A DNA stretch of 64,000 bases. It comes from a virus (lineage: Duplodnaviria; Caudoviricetes). The first letter of the stretch is position 1. Each line of letters opens with the position of its first letter. The notes below the pieces were generated by a model. That model was not told where the DNA came from, searched no databases, and saw only the letters and a list, made by a program, of their open reading frames with translations. Positions 8,847 through 17,952 of the stretch are shown piece after piece. The stretch lies in the IMG/VR virus record IMGVR_UViG_3300032007_000036, positions 1-64,000 of that record, one strand, 5' to 3'. Both the position numbers and the translations under genes were made by a program.

Positions 8847-9500
8847 TTATTTTACAACGTAGGAACGCTTGTACCGCATGTTCCAGCTGCCGAATACAGC
8901 TGCCACATCATCCACGTAATCGGTGGGTCCTTCAACACCCATCACTCTGGTAGGAGATATGTGCCCGTATGCCTTGCACCCGCATCCAAGTGTTCCAGCT
9001 GCATAGCCTCTAACTGCACTGAACACCCTACGTCCATTAACCACCTTGGTTGTAGAACGACCACCTAGTGTTAGCAATAGACTATTGTCCTCCATGTCAT
9101 CTCCTATGTTGTAGCTCGGATCAGCGTCCATGTAAAACACAACTGAACCAGTCTTGAAGATACTGGTCCTGTTGTTACCAATGACGTTGAACCTCGGATA
9201 GACGAACGTGCCTTCATCAACGGTTGTTTTATACGAGATACAGACACCATTGATTTTGTGAGTGATGTTTGTGAGGCCTACAATAGTAACAGTAGGTCTT
9301 ACCTCTCCAGCTTCCCATGTCAGATTGAGTGTTCCTCTAAGTCTCTGGTACTGATACTTACGAGAACCCAGCGACTGCATGTTGTCGTAGATACGTGGAA
9401 CCTGGACAAACATGGTGAAGGTATACTCATCGACAATAGCTGATGAGCACACTTGTATGGCGACAAGTGCACCCAACAGAGTTAGCATTTTCCTCTTCAT
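8847..9500 (-). CDS. Secreted/exported protein with a signal peptide
   Basis: Likely start is MKRKMLTLLGALVAIQVCSSA (AAAGGAGG RBS); beta-rich body with a GCGC motif. Confidence 0.75.
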   Translation of the reverse strand: MKRKMLTLLGALVAIQVCSSAIVDEYTFTMFVQVPRIYDNMQSLGSRKYQYQRLRGTLNLTWEAGEVRPTVTIVGLTNITHKINGVCISYKTTVDEGTFVYPRFNVIGNNRTSIFKTGSVVFYMDADPSYNIGDDMEDNSLLLTLGGRSTTKVVNGRRVFSAVRGYAAGTLGCGCKAYGHISPTRVMGVEGPTDYVDDVAAVFGSWNMRYKRSYVVK

Positions 9501-9535
9501 GTTGAACCTCCTTTCACGATTGGAATTAAGCCCAA

Positions 9536-9543
9536 CATAGGAT
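9536..9543 (-). promoter_or_regulatory. Late-type promoter motif (ATCCTATG)
   Basis: The same ACAATCCTATG sequence occurs at 32242 on the + strand. Confidence 0.5.
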
Positions 9544-9572
9544 TGTAAAAAGAAAAAATAAAGTACACCCCA

Positions 9573-9600
9573 GTCCAGGGAGCCTTGCGGCTCCCTGGAC
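9573..9600 (-). terminator. Intrinsic terminator
   Basis: GTCCAGGGAGCC/GGCTCCCTGGAC stem, GCAA loop on the - strand, U-rich tail. Confidence 0.75.
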
Positions 9601-9619
9601 CAGGATCGCTTCATCAGCG

Positions 9620-9928
9620 TTAGACCGTCGGAGCGTCGTCCTTGCTGGCCATGTACGTGCCAACGAAGTACGCCGTCGCAGCGACAGCAACGCCGCCGAT
9701 GATCTCGCACCACGTGCGGTTGCTGAGACCGAGAGTCTCATCCTCGAGCCACGGAGTCTCCGCAACAGGAGCCGGCTCAGCCGGAGCGGCAGGAACCGCA
9801 GGGGCCGCCGGATTGGCGGGCGTGTCAGTCTTGGGCTGCTCAGCGGTAGGCTGCGCGGCCGGAGGCTGCTGGGTGGTGGAAGGCTGCGCCGCAGCGGAGC
9901 CGTTGACCTGAGTCATTTCTGTGCTCAT
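9620..9928 (-). CDS. Pro/Ala-rich protein with a C-terminal membrane anchor
   Basis: Start MSTEMTQ after AAAGGAA; low-complexity N-terminus, hydrophobic IIGGVAVAATAYFVG near the C-terminus. Confidence 0.7.
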   Translation of the reverse strand: MSTEMTQVNGSAAAQPSTTQQPPAAQPTAEQPKTDTPANPAAPAVPAAPAEPAPVAETPWLEDETLGLSNRTWCEIIGGVAVAATAYFVGTYMASKDDAPTV

Positions 9929-10001
9929 TTTCTTTGTTCCTTTGTTTGTTGGTTTCTGGTTTTCCAGATTGGTTGACGTTTTACCGTCCAAGTCTACAAA
10001 G

Positions 10002-10016
10002 GTAATAAATAAGTGA
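10002..10016 (-). promoter_or_regulatory. Early-type promoter variant (TCACTTATTTATTAC)
   Basis: One mismatch to TATATTAC, TCA conserved. Confidence 0.6.
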
Positions 10017-10035
10017 ACAGAAATGAACTACACTA

Positions 10036-12153
10036 TCACATCATCATCCCAATCTTCATCCAGTCTACTGCACTGACAGGAGCATTAGCTCTTGCTTCAT
10101 ACACAGACTGTTTCACCTGGCTCATAGCCTTGACATCGGATTCCTTGAGAGTATCCTCCTCAACGTCTCCGACTATTGCCATAAGAGCCTGGAGTTCCCG
10201 CTTGTACGCCGACCGGATAATGTCATTCTGACAGTTCTTGATCTTGTGCTTGTACTCAAGGATCCTAGACCTCATCAGCTGTTCTTTCTTCTTCTCTTCA
10301 AGAGAGCAACCTTCACCATCGCTTCTGACATTGCAGAGTATTTCATCTAGTTCAATGCCGTAATGGCGATGCCCGCTAGCAAAGAGGATGAAGTAGCAAG
10401 CCAACAGATAGGAGATAACCAAGTCGTCATGTCCACCATCAGAGTGGTCGACACGGTTGTTCTTGGTAGTAAGACCGCTGAGTTCGTTGATCAAGTTACA
10501 GTCACAGAGTCTATCAGCAGACAACTTGAGTGCAGTCATCATGACTCTGGAATACAAGAAGTCACGGGACATACCGCTAGAGGTTGTGTTGAACCCAAAG
10601 TTCTTCCTGACAGCCCCAGACTCGTAGTTGATGTTGTCAAGCTTGATATCCGGATCATACTCCTGGAAGTACTTGTTGTAGATCTTGCGGAGAGGACTGA
10701 TGCTTCTGCGGCGAAGTTCAAGTATGATGTAATCCACAAGGACTGCACCATTCTTGTTTCGTTCAGGAATAATGATTGCCCTAGGAAGATCGATCAGGAG
10801 TTTAACAACACACTTGGCTACAAACATGAAGTTAGCCGAGTTAACCCTAACCACAGCAATAGGCTTGAGATCATAAGGATCCGTAACAACTATCGACGTG
10901 AAGTCTCTGCAGACATTGTCAGAGGTATCACAACCGATGATGTACGGTTTGTTCTTCAGAGCAGCATCTGCCATGATCTTGTTAGGATCAACATACCAGC
11001 TTATCGCAACGTTCTCTATCCATGTCGTTGTAACAGGATCTGCCTTAGAAGCCTGGATCCTATCGATCATGTCTTTATCGAAGATAGAGTTGTCAGAACC
11101 ATGTAGCCACTGATTAAGGTAGTCCTTGGCTATAACCTTAGGATCCTTGCCACGAGTCACTTCTTCGAACCACTCGTCGCTCATCCCCAACTGTTTGTGG
11201 CTGTACTCCATGTACACAATGTTGTTCTTGGAGTTATGCCTAAGGACTTCCATCAAGTGTGCTCTGTCCCTTAGATCATAGAGCTTCTCGTAGAACCTCA
11301 TTGCATCACAAACCATGTGGTAGGCGAAGTTTCCCCATTTATCGTCAATGTCTCCAGCAGTTGTAGTGATGATGATGGCTGCAGGAAGACCAGCTGCTCT
11401 TGCGGCAGGAGCTGCCTTGTTCATGGCAGCTGTAGCAGACGACCAGCTGAGATCATTGTTGACGAAGTATGCAATTTCGTCCCACATCTCAGCAGCCAGT
11501 GTGTTACCACGACCCAGACGGTCTGCAGCCTGTTTATCCATCTGCGCAATGAATGTCTGAACCTGAGTTCCTAGCGCAGCGTATGAGATTCCTTCCTTAT
11601 TGTTACTGTCAGCGGGAGATGGATGGTAGAGATACTTGGGAAGAGCGTCTCTTATTTCTTTCATGCGCTTGATGTTGTCCCACTGAAGCATACTACCTTG
11701 ACAGAACATTCCGATAGACAGCTTCATTGCGGCGATGTACATGTACCAGTCGAGTATAGACAGACCGCCCAAAGTCTTACCGATCTGACGGGGTATGGTA
11801 AGGAATCCATTAATGCTGTTATGGAACAACCATGCCTGAGCTAGGTTAGCTCGATTGAGAATAAACGGAATACCGTCAGTACCAGAACTCACTATTCGTA
11901 CAACTTCCCTTATGAAGTACCAATAGTTGATTTTGCATTCGTAGGCTATTCGTTGCCGCAACTCTTCCGAATCATCGTTGAGATTATGTGGGTCTTTTCC
12001 GATCAAATCTCTGTCATACAAAGACAGGAAGAACGTGTTGTTCCTTACTCCCATCTTGTTGAGTTGGATAGCCATACGAAGGAAGCTGGTATTTGGGGTC
12101 ATGGTGTCTATATACACTCTATCCCGCAAAATATCATCTTTGAATAAAATCAT
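10036..12153 (-). CDS. terL: Terminase large subunit (phiKZ gp25-like)
   Basis: IPRQIGKT Walker A, WDEIAY Walker B, ITTTAG motif III, nuclease motifs IGCDTS and HDDLVISYLL. The ATG at 12153 has a GAGGA RBS. Confidence 0.93.
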   Translation of the reverse strand: MILFKDDILRDRVYIDTMTPNTSFLRMAIQLNKMGVRNNTFFLSLYDRDLIGKDPHNLNDDSEELRQRIAYECKINYWYFIREVVRIVSSGTDGIPFILNRANLAQAWLFHNSINGFLTIPRQIGKTLGGLSILDWYMYIAAMKLSIGMFCQGSMLQWDNIKRMKEIRDALPKYLYHPSPADSNNKEGISYAALGTQVQTFIAQMDKQAADRLGRGNTLAAEMWDEIAYFVNNDLSWSSATAAMNKAAPAARAAGLPAAIIITTTAGDIDDKWGNFAYHMVCDAMRFYEKLYDLRDRAHLMEVLRHNSKNNIVYMEYSHKQLGMSDEWFEEVTRGKDPKVIAKDYLNQWLHGSDNSIFDKDMIDRIQASKADPVTTTWIENVAISWYVDPNKIMADAALKNKPYIIGCDTSDNVCRDFTSIVVTDPYDLKPIAVVRVNSANFMFVAKCVVKLLIDLPRAIIIPERNKNGAVLVDYIILELRRRSISPLRKIYNKYFQEYDPDIKLDNINYESGAVRKNFGFNTTSSGMSRDFLYSRVMMTALKLSADRLCDCNLINELSGLTTKNNRVDHSDGGHDDLVISYLLACYFILFASGHRHYGIELDEILCNVRSDGEGCSLEEKKKEQLMRSRILEYKHKIKNCQNDIIRSAYKRELQALMAIVGDVEEDTLKESDVKAMSQVKQSVYEARANAPVSAVDWMKIGMMM

Positions 12154-12228
12154 AACTTCCTCGATTGAAGTCAAAAACAGCCTGTAAAATAGGCATAAAT
12201 ATCTTGTACTTACCTAAAAAACTAAGTA

Positions 12229-12263
12229 GGTCAGAGGTACCCCATTGATGGGTACCTCTGACC
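12229..12263 (-). terminator. Intrinsic terminator
   Basis: GGTCAGAGGTACCC/GGGTACCTCTGACC stem after the helicase stop. Confidence 0.75.
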
Positions 12264-12269
12264 ACTCAA

Positions 12270-14417
12270 TCATGCTCTGAAGCAGGTATTGAACACCGAC
12301 TTGTGAACACCTTCTGACGTTACTAAATCGTCTCCTTGGGTTAGTATACAAAGCTCATCAAGCATCTGTATAGCTCCCTTGTCAACCAGTCCGTCTATCA
12401 GGTCTAGCTTGGTCAAAGTCTTAACAACTCCCTTATCGATAACTTCACCATCGACGATAAGATCAGTCATCTCCTTAGACCAGTCGTGAATCTCTGCAGT
12501 ACGATCAGACAAGTTGAGTTTGTCACCGGTGTCTAACCGAACTGTAATGATCTCGCACTCAGTGTCCTGACCTATACGCCACACTCTATTCTCCGCTTGT
12601 TCCCGATCAGCTGAACGATAAGGAAGGTTACAGAACACAACAGTGTTGGCTTCGGTCAATGTAACTCCAGTTGCCATGGTCTGGATGGTAGCAATGAGAA
12701 CTCTAACAGATCTATCCTTCCTGAATCTTGTCAGGATAGCAGTAGACTCCTTAGAAGTATCACCGTACATGAGAACAGGATTAAGCCCTAATGTCTTACA
12801 CCTAGCGGCAAGGAGTTTAACTGTCTCGACATAAGTCGTGAAGAAGATAACCTTCTTGATAGAGTTGTTCACAATATCAAAGATGTCGATCTTGTTCATT
12901 ACCTTAGTCGTCATCTCACTCCTGATGTTCTCAAGCTTACCAAGAACCTCTCCCTGTATACACAGATCAAGGTACTTGATCTTGCTCTTGCACTCGATGA
13001 AGTTCTTCTGCATCACCTTGTTGGTTATAGCAGGGATAAGAACTGTCTTCTCGTACTCATTAGCCCAGACAACATTAGCAGCACACTCTTTGCTGTGTCT
13101 GTCATAACCGTTCTTGATCAGATCGTCTACGATATCTCTCCACTTGGCATAGTCGTCAGTAGGAGCAATCATCGCATTGTTCTCGAAGAACGAGATAACA
13201 GCTTCCCACCACTTCTGATATTCAGGCATACGCTTAGCGTGATAGGACACACGTTCCTTAGCGTAGTCCATCAACCTCTTCTTGACATTAGGGATAGTGT
13301 ACTCGTTGCCACCATCTACCTTGATGTTGAGAGTTGAGTGTTTCTTCTCTGGTAGAGTGTAGACATCTTCCATCTTCCTACGATGCATCATCATGTCAAG
13401 ACGAGCGTGAAGGATATCAGTAGCTAGAGTGGTATTGACTCCGAATGCCTTAATGAATACTTGCTGAGCGAACTCATCAAAGAATCCGTCGATGATCCTG
13501 AGAAGAGGAACTATCTCAACGCCTACAGCTTTAACAGGTGTTCCTGATTGAAGAAGTATGTGTTCGCAGTTCAAGATGCTCCTGAGTTCTATCAACCTCT
13601 GAGTCCTCTGACTTTTGATCTTCAAGAAGTTGTGAGACTCGTCAACAATGATTCCTAGCTTGGTCTTCTTACGAAGATACTTAAGAACATCGTCAATCTT
13701 GTCCATTGCATCATAGTTGAAGATGAAGAAATCAGCGTCCTTGGGAACATCTCTACCCGTCAAGAATACTCTCTGCTTTCTACGGTAGAAATCCTCAATG
13801 TGTTTAAGCCATACATCCTTGAGAGTTGGTTTAGGAGCGATAATGAGAACTCCATCACAACCAACAGACTTCATGGTAGCAAGAGCGGTAATTGTCTTAC
13901 CTAGACCACATCCAAAGGACAGGAGTTCTCCGGACAAGTGAGCTCTCCTTCTACGAATGTCATACTGTTCGATGAACTCTCTTTGCCAATCGAACAGCTC
14001 TACCTTCATGTCCTTATCAATGCGAGTCATGTCAGTATCGCAGAGAGGATCACAATCTCCTCTAAGATCCTTGATCCAAGTAGATTCGATGATCTCATCT
14101 ATCAGTGACTGTACTGATCCACCTCCACCTGCTTTAGTAAGGATGTAAACTAGCTCAGGTATGAAGAATTTGTGTATTCGAATAGATGCCTTTCCGAATA
14201 CCTGCATTCCCATGAGTTCATAGATTCTCTCGATGCGATGAGAACCGTAGATTTGCATGACCCTTTTGGAGAACCAGCGGTACGGAAAATACTTGATCTG
14301 TATGAACTGTCCTTCATCTGTAACGGTCTTGCCCCACCATCCACCGAACAGTCCGCGAACAGGGACTTCCATCGGTTTATTGCCGAACAGACTCCTAATA
14401 GTTTCTAACATCATCAT
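12270..14417 (-). CDS. SNF2/DExH superfamily 2 helicase (phiKZ gp203-like)
   Basis: GCGLGKT, VDESH, SGTP, TGVTLTEA and QAENRVWRIGQ motifs. Confidence 0.92.
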   Translation of the reverse strand: MMMLETIRSLFGNKPMEVPVRGLFGGWWGKTVTDEGQFIQIKYFPYRWFSKRVMQIYGSHRIERIYELMGMQVFGKASIRIHKFFIPELVYILTKAGGGGSVQSLIDEIIESTWIKDLRGDCDPLCDTDMTRIDKDMKVELFDWQREFIEQYDIRRRRAHLSGELLSFGCGLGKTITALATMKSVGCDGVLIIAPKPTLKDVWLKHIEDFYRRKQRVFLTGRDVPKDADFFIFNYDAMDKIDDVLKYLRKKTKLGIIVDESHNFLKIKSQRTQRLIELRSILNCEHILLQSGTPVKAVGVEIVPLLRIIDGFFDEFAQQVFIKAFGVNTTLATDILHARLDMMMHRRKMEDVYTLPEKKHSTLNIKVDGGNEYTIPNVKKRLMDYAKERVSYHAKRMPEYQKWWEAVISFFENNAMIAPTDDYAKWRDIVDDLIKNGYDRHSKECAANVVWANEYEKTVLIPAITNKVMQKNFIECKSKIKYLDLCIQGEVLGKLENIRSEMTTKVMNKIDIFDIVNNSIKKVIFFTTYVETVKLLAARCKTLGLNPVLMYGDTSKESTAILTRFRKDRSVRVLIATIQTMATGVTLTEANTVVFCNLPYRSADREQAENRVWRIGQDTECEIITVRLDTGDKLNLSDRTAEIHDWSKEMTDLIVDGEVIDKGVVKTLTKLDLIDGLVDKGAIQMLDELCILTQGDDLVTSEGVHKSVFNTCFRA

Positions 14418-14465
14418 AAATAAGAACTCCTAGTTTATACGATGGGGCAAAAGAAAAAGAATAGG

Positions 14466-14497
14466 AAGAGCAAGGGATCCGAAGACCCCTTGCTCTT
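14466..14497 (-). terminator. Intrinsic terminator
   Basis: AAGAGCAAGGG/CCCTTGCTCTT stem with a U-rich tail on the - strand. Confidence 0.7.
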
Positions 14498-14505
14498 ACC
14501 AACAC

Positions 14506-15288
14506 TTAGGCTTTCAGATTAGAAAGACGCGCATTGAGATCATCGTAGGACAAACTTATCATAGTCTGCTCTTCGAACAGAAGCTTGACCTCTTCTTCTG
14601 TCAGAAGCCCCTTACTGACGATGAAGTCTGTAAGAGTTTTGACCTGAACAAGTACATCCTCGACACGGAACACTGTGTCTTGCAGAGTTCCGCCTCCGCA
14701 TCCTGCAGGCTGTCTTACGGCTAACCATCCCATCGGACCCATCCGGCGATCCTTGCCAGTTAACCAAATGGCACAATCGCTGATCGACATCAAACATCCG
14801 GCACGAGTAATCGTTTTGGCCTTGCATCCACGCATAGCGTTGAGCAAAGAGAGTATACCGAACATATTGGAAGTCGTTCCTCCAAACTGAAGTGAATAAG
14901 TGGCGAGAGTAAGATCCACAATGTCGTTCGCAGTCGCATTGTTGATCAAACTGCAGATCACCCCAATATCGTTCCCACCTGTTTCATTGAGACCGTCAAA
15001 GATGATCGTTATCCGCGCAGCTCCTGTCTCCTTGTCGATGACCTTCGACACGAGGGGTCTACGTCTGTCGTCACTTGGACACAACACGTTCTCTTGGGCT
15101 TTTATCGTTGGGATGTCAGCCTTAGGTGCGAGACCCTCGACTGCAGCGTCAACATAATCCTTGCTCGCTCCGGCAGGGAAGAACATATCGAGAAGTGCTT
15201 CCTCACATCCTTCCAGGGAAGCTTCTCCCTGGTTAGCGAGCCCTGAAGTCAGATCCTCCGTACCGGAGGTAACTGTTAGTCCGGTCAT
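14506..15288 (-). CDS. Degenerate ClpP-like protein, probably inactive
   Basis: Aligns by eye with the ClpP fold and the upstream paralog (CKAKTITRAGCLMSIS..IWLTGKDRR..LAVRQP), but His is replaced by Arg and no catalytic Asp is evident. Confidence 0.65.
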   Translation of the reverse strand: MTGLTVTSGTEDLTSGLANQGEASLEGCEEALLDMFFPAGASKDYVDAAVEGLAPKADIPTIKAQENVLCPSDDRRRPLVSKVIDKETGAARITIIFDGLNETGGNDIGVICSLINNATANDIVDLTLATYSLQFGGTTSNMFGILSLLNAMRGCKAKTITRAGCLMSISDCAIWLTGKDRRMGPMGWLAVRQPAGCGGGTLQDTVFRVEDVLVQVKTLTDFIVSKGLLTEEEVKLLFEEQTMISLSYDDLNARLSNLKA

Positions 15289-15312
15289 GGAGTTAGTCTC
15301 CTTCAGTTGAAA

Positions 15313-16389
15313 TTACCACTTGAGGAAAGCGTCAGGGGAAGCGGCCTTCTCCGGATCAACCGGATTCTCTTCCGAACCGTCACCGTCACCATCGGCAGAA
15401 CCGCCATCGCTGGTGTCGTCGCCGGTCTCACCGTCGCCGTCCTCAGCCTTGACTTTCTTCTTGCCCTTCTTGACGGCCTTCTTGCCCTTCTTGCCGCACT
15501 TGCCCTCGGTGTCACCAGGCTCGCCGGCGGGATTTCCATCACCGTCGCCATCGCCATTGCCGCCACCGTTGTCACCGCCTTCATCCGTACCTGGTTCAAC
15601 GCCCTCAGCGCGGAAGATAGCAGCCGGGTCGAGCTTGATCGGCTCGCCGTCTACAGGCTTCTCGGAACCACCACCGTCGGTCTCGCCGCCGTCAACCGTA
15701 TCATCGGAATTCTCGTCCGGCTTGCCCTTGGGGTCCTTTTCGAAGTCAGGATCAGGGTTCTGACCATCACCCTCGTTGCGGAGAGCCAGGCCCTCCGTGG
15801 AGGCCATCTCGGCCAGCATGCGGGCGCGGATGATCGAGCCCGGAAGGAACAGGTCCTTCTTTTGACGGAAGATCCTGCTAGCTTCGTCGCTGGTCAGGAT
15901 ACCTGCCGCAATCATTGCTTTAACTGTCTTGTGCATATACTCCACCATTTTTTCTGATGTTTCGTGAATTGCTAACGACTTGCCTGCATCACAGTGACTT
16001 GAACTGTGAAACATGAACGTCGCCAGATCTTCTACACGGCGGTTTTTGCTAAAGAACCAAAGGAAGGTTCCAGCAGAAGCCACCAGACCACTTGCGACAG
16101 TAGTCACAGTGGCTTTACAACTGTTCATTCGCTCAAGAAGTGCTTGAGTTGTGAACACACAGCCGCCCGGGGTATCGATTCGAATGTCAATAACATCCTT
16201 CTCACTAGCACCATCCAGAACCTGGATCAACTCCAGGAACTGGTAGATGTTAGATATAACTCCGGTTATCTGTACGTCGATGTACCTACCCTCGGATCCA
16301 TCCGGCTTCGGGCTGAATGTGATCACAGGGGCAGTTCCACCTCCGAACGGACGCGGCATGGTAAGGGGTTGTTCTTTGAGAATTACCAT
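15313..16389 (-). CDS. ClpP-family (S14) protease domain with a long acidic Gly-rich tail
   Basis: IDTPGGCV, GLVASAGTFLW (Ser), FMFH (His) and KKDLFL (Asp); the C-terminal region is D/E/G-rich with a Lys patch. Confidence 0.85.
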   Translation of the reverse strand: MVILKEQPLTMPRPFGGGTAPVITFSPKPDGSEGRYIDVQITGVISNIYQFLELIQVLDGASEKDVIDIRIDTPGGCVFTTQALLERMNSCKATVTTVASGLVASAGTFLWFFSKNRRVEDLATFMFHSSSHCDAGKSLAIHETSEKMVEYMHKTVKAMIAAGILTSDEASRIFRQKKDLFLPGSIIRARMLAEMASTEGLALRNEGDGQNPDPDFEKDPKGKPDENSDDTVDGGETDGGGSEKPVDGEPIKLDPAAIFRAEGVEPGTDEGGDNGGGNGDGDGDGNPAGEPGDTEGKCGKKGKKAVKKGKKKVKAEDGDGETGDDTSDGGSADGDGDGSEENPVDPEKAASPDAFLKW

Positions 16390-16413
16390 TGTCTTACCTC
16401 TGCCGATCCTTCC

Positions 16414-17247
16414 TTACAGCCCGAAAGCCTGGTCAAAGACAGACACTCTCGCTCCGTTAGCATCGGCGAAGCCTCCTCTAACTTTGTGTAGTACCTTATC
16501 CCTGACGATCACTTCATCGCAGCCAAACGCATCAAGGACGCGCTGATCCACGACTTTTGATTCCATACCGGAATCGGTGAACGCCTTCGTTGCTTCAAGA
16601 AATTCCTGACGGTTGCAGCTGACATCGATGCCAGCATCGTTAACGTTGAGTGATTCCGTAGCGGCATCAAGATCACGGAAGCGCTTGGAGGCTTCGACGT
16701 AACCAGGGCCGTCAACGGCGTCAAAAGTGAACAAAGCGAGCATCCTCTTGTAGGTGACTCCACCCTCACGTTTAGTGATGGCTGTAGCTGCCCTTAACGA
16801 GAAGGAGCAGTTACGGGTAGGATCCTCGAAATTGTCAATGAGACTCTGCTTGAAAGGACCAGACGGTTTCACATCTCCGTACAGGATCGTGTAACCAGAC
16901 TGCTTGTCTTCCTTGGCGTAGATCCTCGTGAAGTGGTGAGACACCTTCGTCCTGTCAAGGTAAAGAAGTCTCTGAACCATCTTCTTCGGATCGACATCGA
17001 GGAGCGGGTGACCCCATTCTCCCTCAAGGTCTCCAGACTTAAGGTTCATAACGAACCTAGAACGAGGATCCGTGAGGCACTCCATAAAGGACTCACGCTC
17101 GTATACCATGTTGTTGCGCGACGCCGTCCCAATAAGGGACAGCGGTATGCCGGTATACACCCCATCTTTGTTCGGTTTTAAAGCTTTGAGCTCACGTCCA
17201 CGGAATTCAAGTTCCGTGGAGATTGAGAAAATGACGTTTTCTGCCAT
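16414..17247 (-). CDS. Prohead (head maturation) protease, phiKZ gp175 / T4 gp21-like
   Basis: GEWGHP, VSHH, SFSLR and TFDAV motifs; putative C-terminal autocleavage sites ATE and GME. Confidence 0.9.
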   Translation of the reverse strand: MAENVIFSISTELEFRGRELKALKPNKDGVYTGIPLSLIGTASRNNMVYERESFMECLTDPRSRFVMNLKSGDLEGEWGHPLLDVDPKKMVQRLLYLDRTKVSHHFTRIYAKEDKQSGYTILYGDVKPSGPFKQSLIDNFEDPTRNCSFSLRAATAITKREGGVTYKRMLALFTFDAVDGPGYVEASKRFRDLDAATESLNVNDAGIDVSCNRQEFLEATKAFTDSGMESKVVDQRVLDAFGCDEVIVRDKVLHKVRGGFADANGARVSVFDQAFGL

Positions 17248-17256
17248 TGAAATCTC

Positions 17257-17946
17257 CTATTGACGCAGCATATCTTCGATCATACTGCTTGACTGGTTCG
17301 GTCTAACAAGAGCAGCGTTAACACCATCGTTGAAGTAGGCTCCGATGATTCTAGCACTGGTCGACCTAGAAGCGTGAGCAACGTCACTGAGGTTGATGCG
17401 CTGGTAGGGACCTCTCATGTCCGTGTTGCGGTAGGCAACGGTAAGGTCGTTAATAGACCTTGAGAGATGCGCAAAGATAACCTCGTAGACAACATGGTCT
17501 ACTGGAAACTGGATCCCGCACGTTGCAGACACACGGTCGAACAGAATAGCCTGATCCTCATACGACATGGCTTTCATCACATTGCCGTACTTGATGTACA
17601 GCATCCAGACGTAGTAGGCATTCTTCTCTTCAACAACAACGTTGGTTGTCCGCATGAACACATCGCCATTATGGAAAGTAAGTCTAACAATCTTCTTTCC
17701 ATTCTCTTCAATGGTCTCAATGTCGGACGGAATCATCTCGATCATTCCGACTAGGAACATACCAGATGTGACTCCGTCGACTTCCATATCGAAAACTCCG
17801 ATCGTCTTGACAGTATCAGTGATACTGAGACAACCGTAGGATTCAAACTTCTCCAGGATCTTGACGATGCAAGTTCCACCGGTGAAGATGACTTGTCCGC
17901 CAGGTTTGTCCTGGCGGAACTTCTTCAAGATAGAAGGGTCTCGCAT
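17257..17946 (-). CDS. Probable virion RNA polymerase beta' C-terminal subunit (phiKZ gp176 / SPN3US gp244-like)
   Basis: Conserved position next to the head protease; the C-terminal STSARIIGAYFNDGVNAAL...IEDMLR resembles the beta' C-terminus. Confidence 0.65.
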   Translation of the reverse strand: MRDPSILKKFRQDKPGGQVIFTGGTCIVKILEKFESYGCLSITDTVKTIGVFDMEVDGVTSGMFLVGMIEMIPSDIETIEENGKKIVRLTFHNGDVFMRTTNVVVEEKNAYYVWMLYIKYGNVMKAMSYEDQAILFDRVSATCGIQFPVDHVVYEVIFAHLSRSINDLTVAYRNTDMRGPYQRINLSDVAHASRSTSARIIGAYFNDGVNAALVRPNQSSSMIEDMLRQ

Positions 17947-17952
17947 AAATCA

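Noticed and set aside
9501-9713. N-terminal extensions given by the ORF track (also for 44796-46283, 52728-53420, 56945-57325 and 62321-62896)
   Set aside because: They cross terminators, promoters or neighbouring genes; downstream ATGs have good RBSs.
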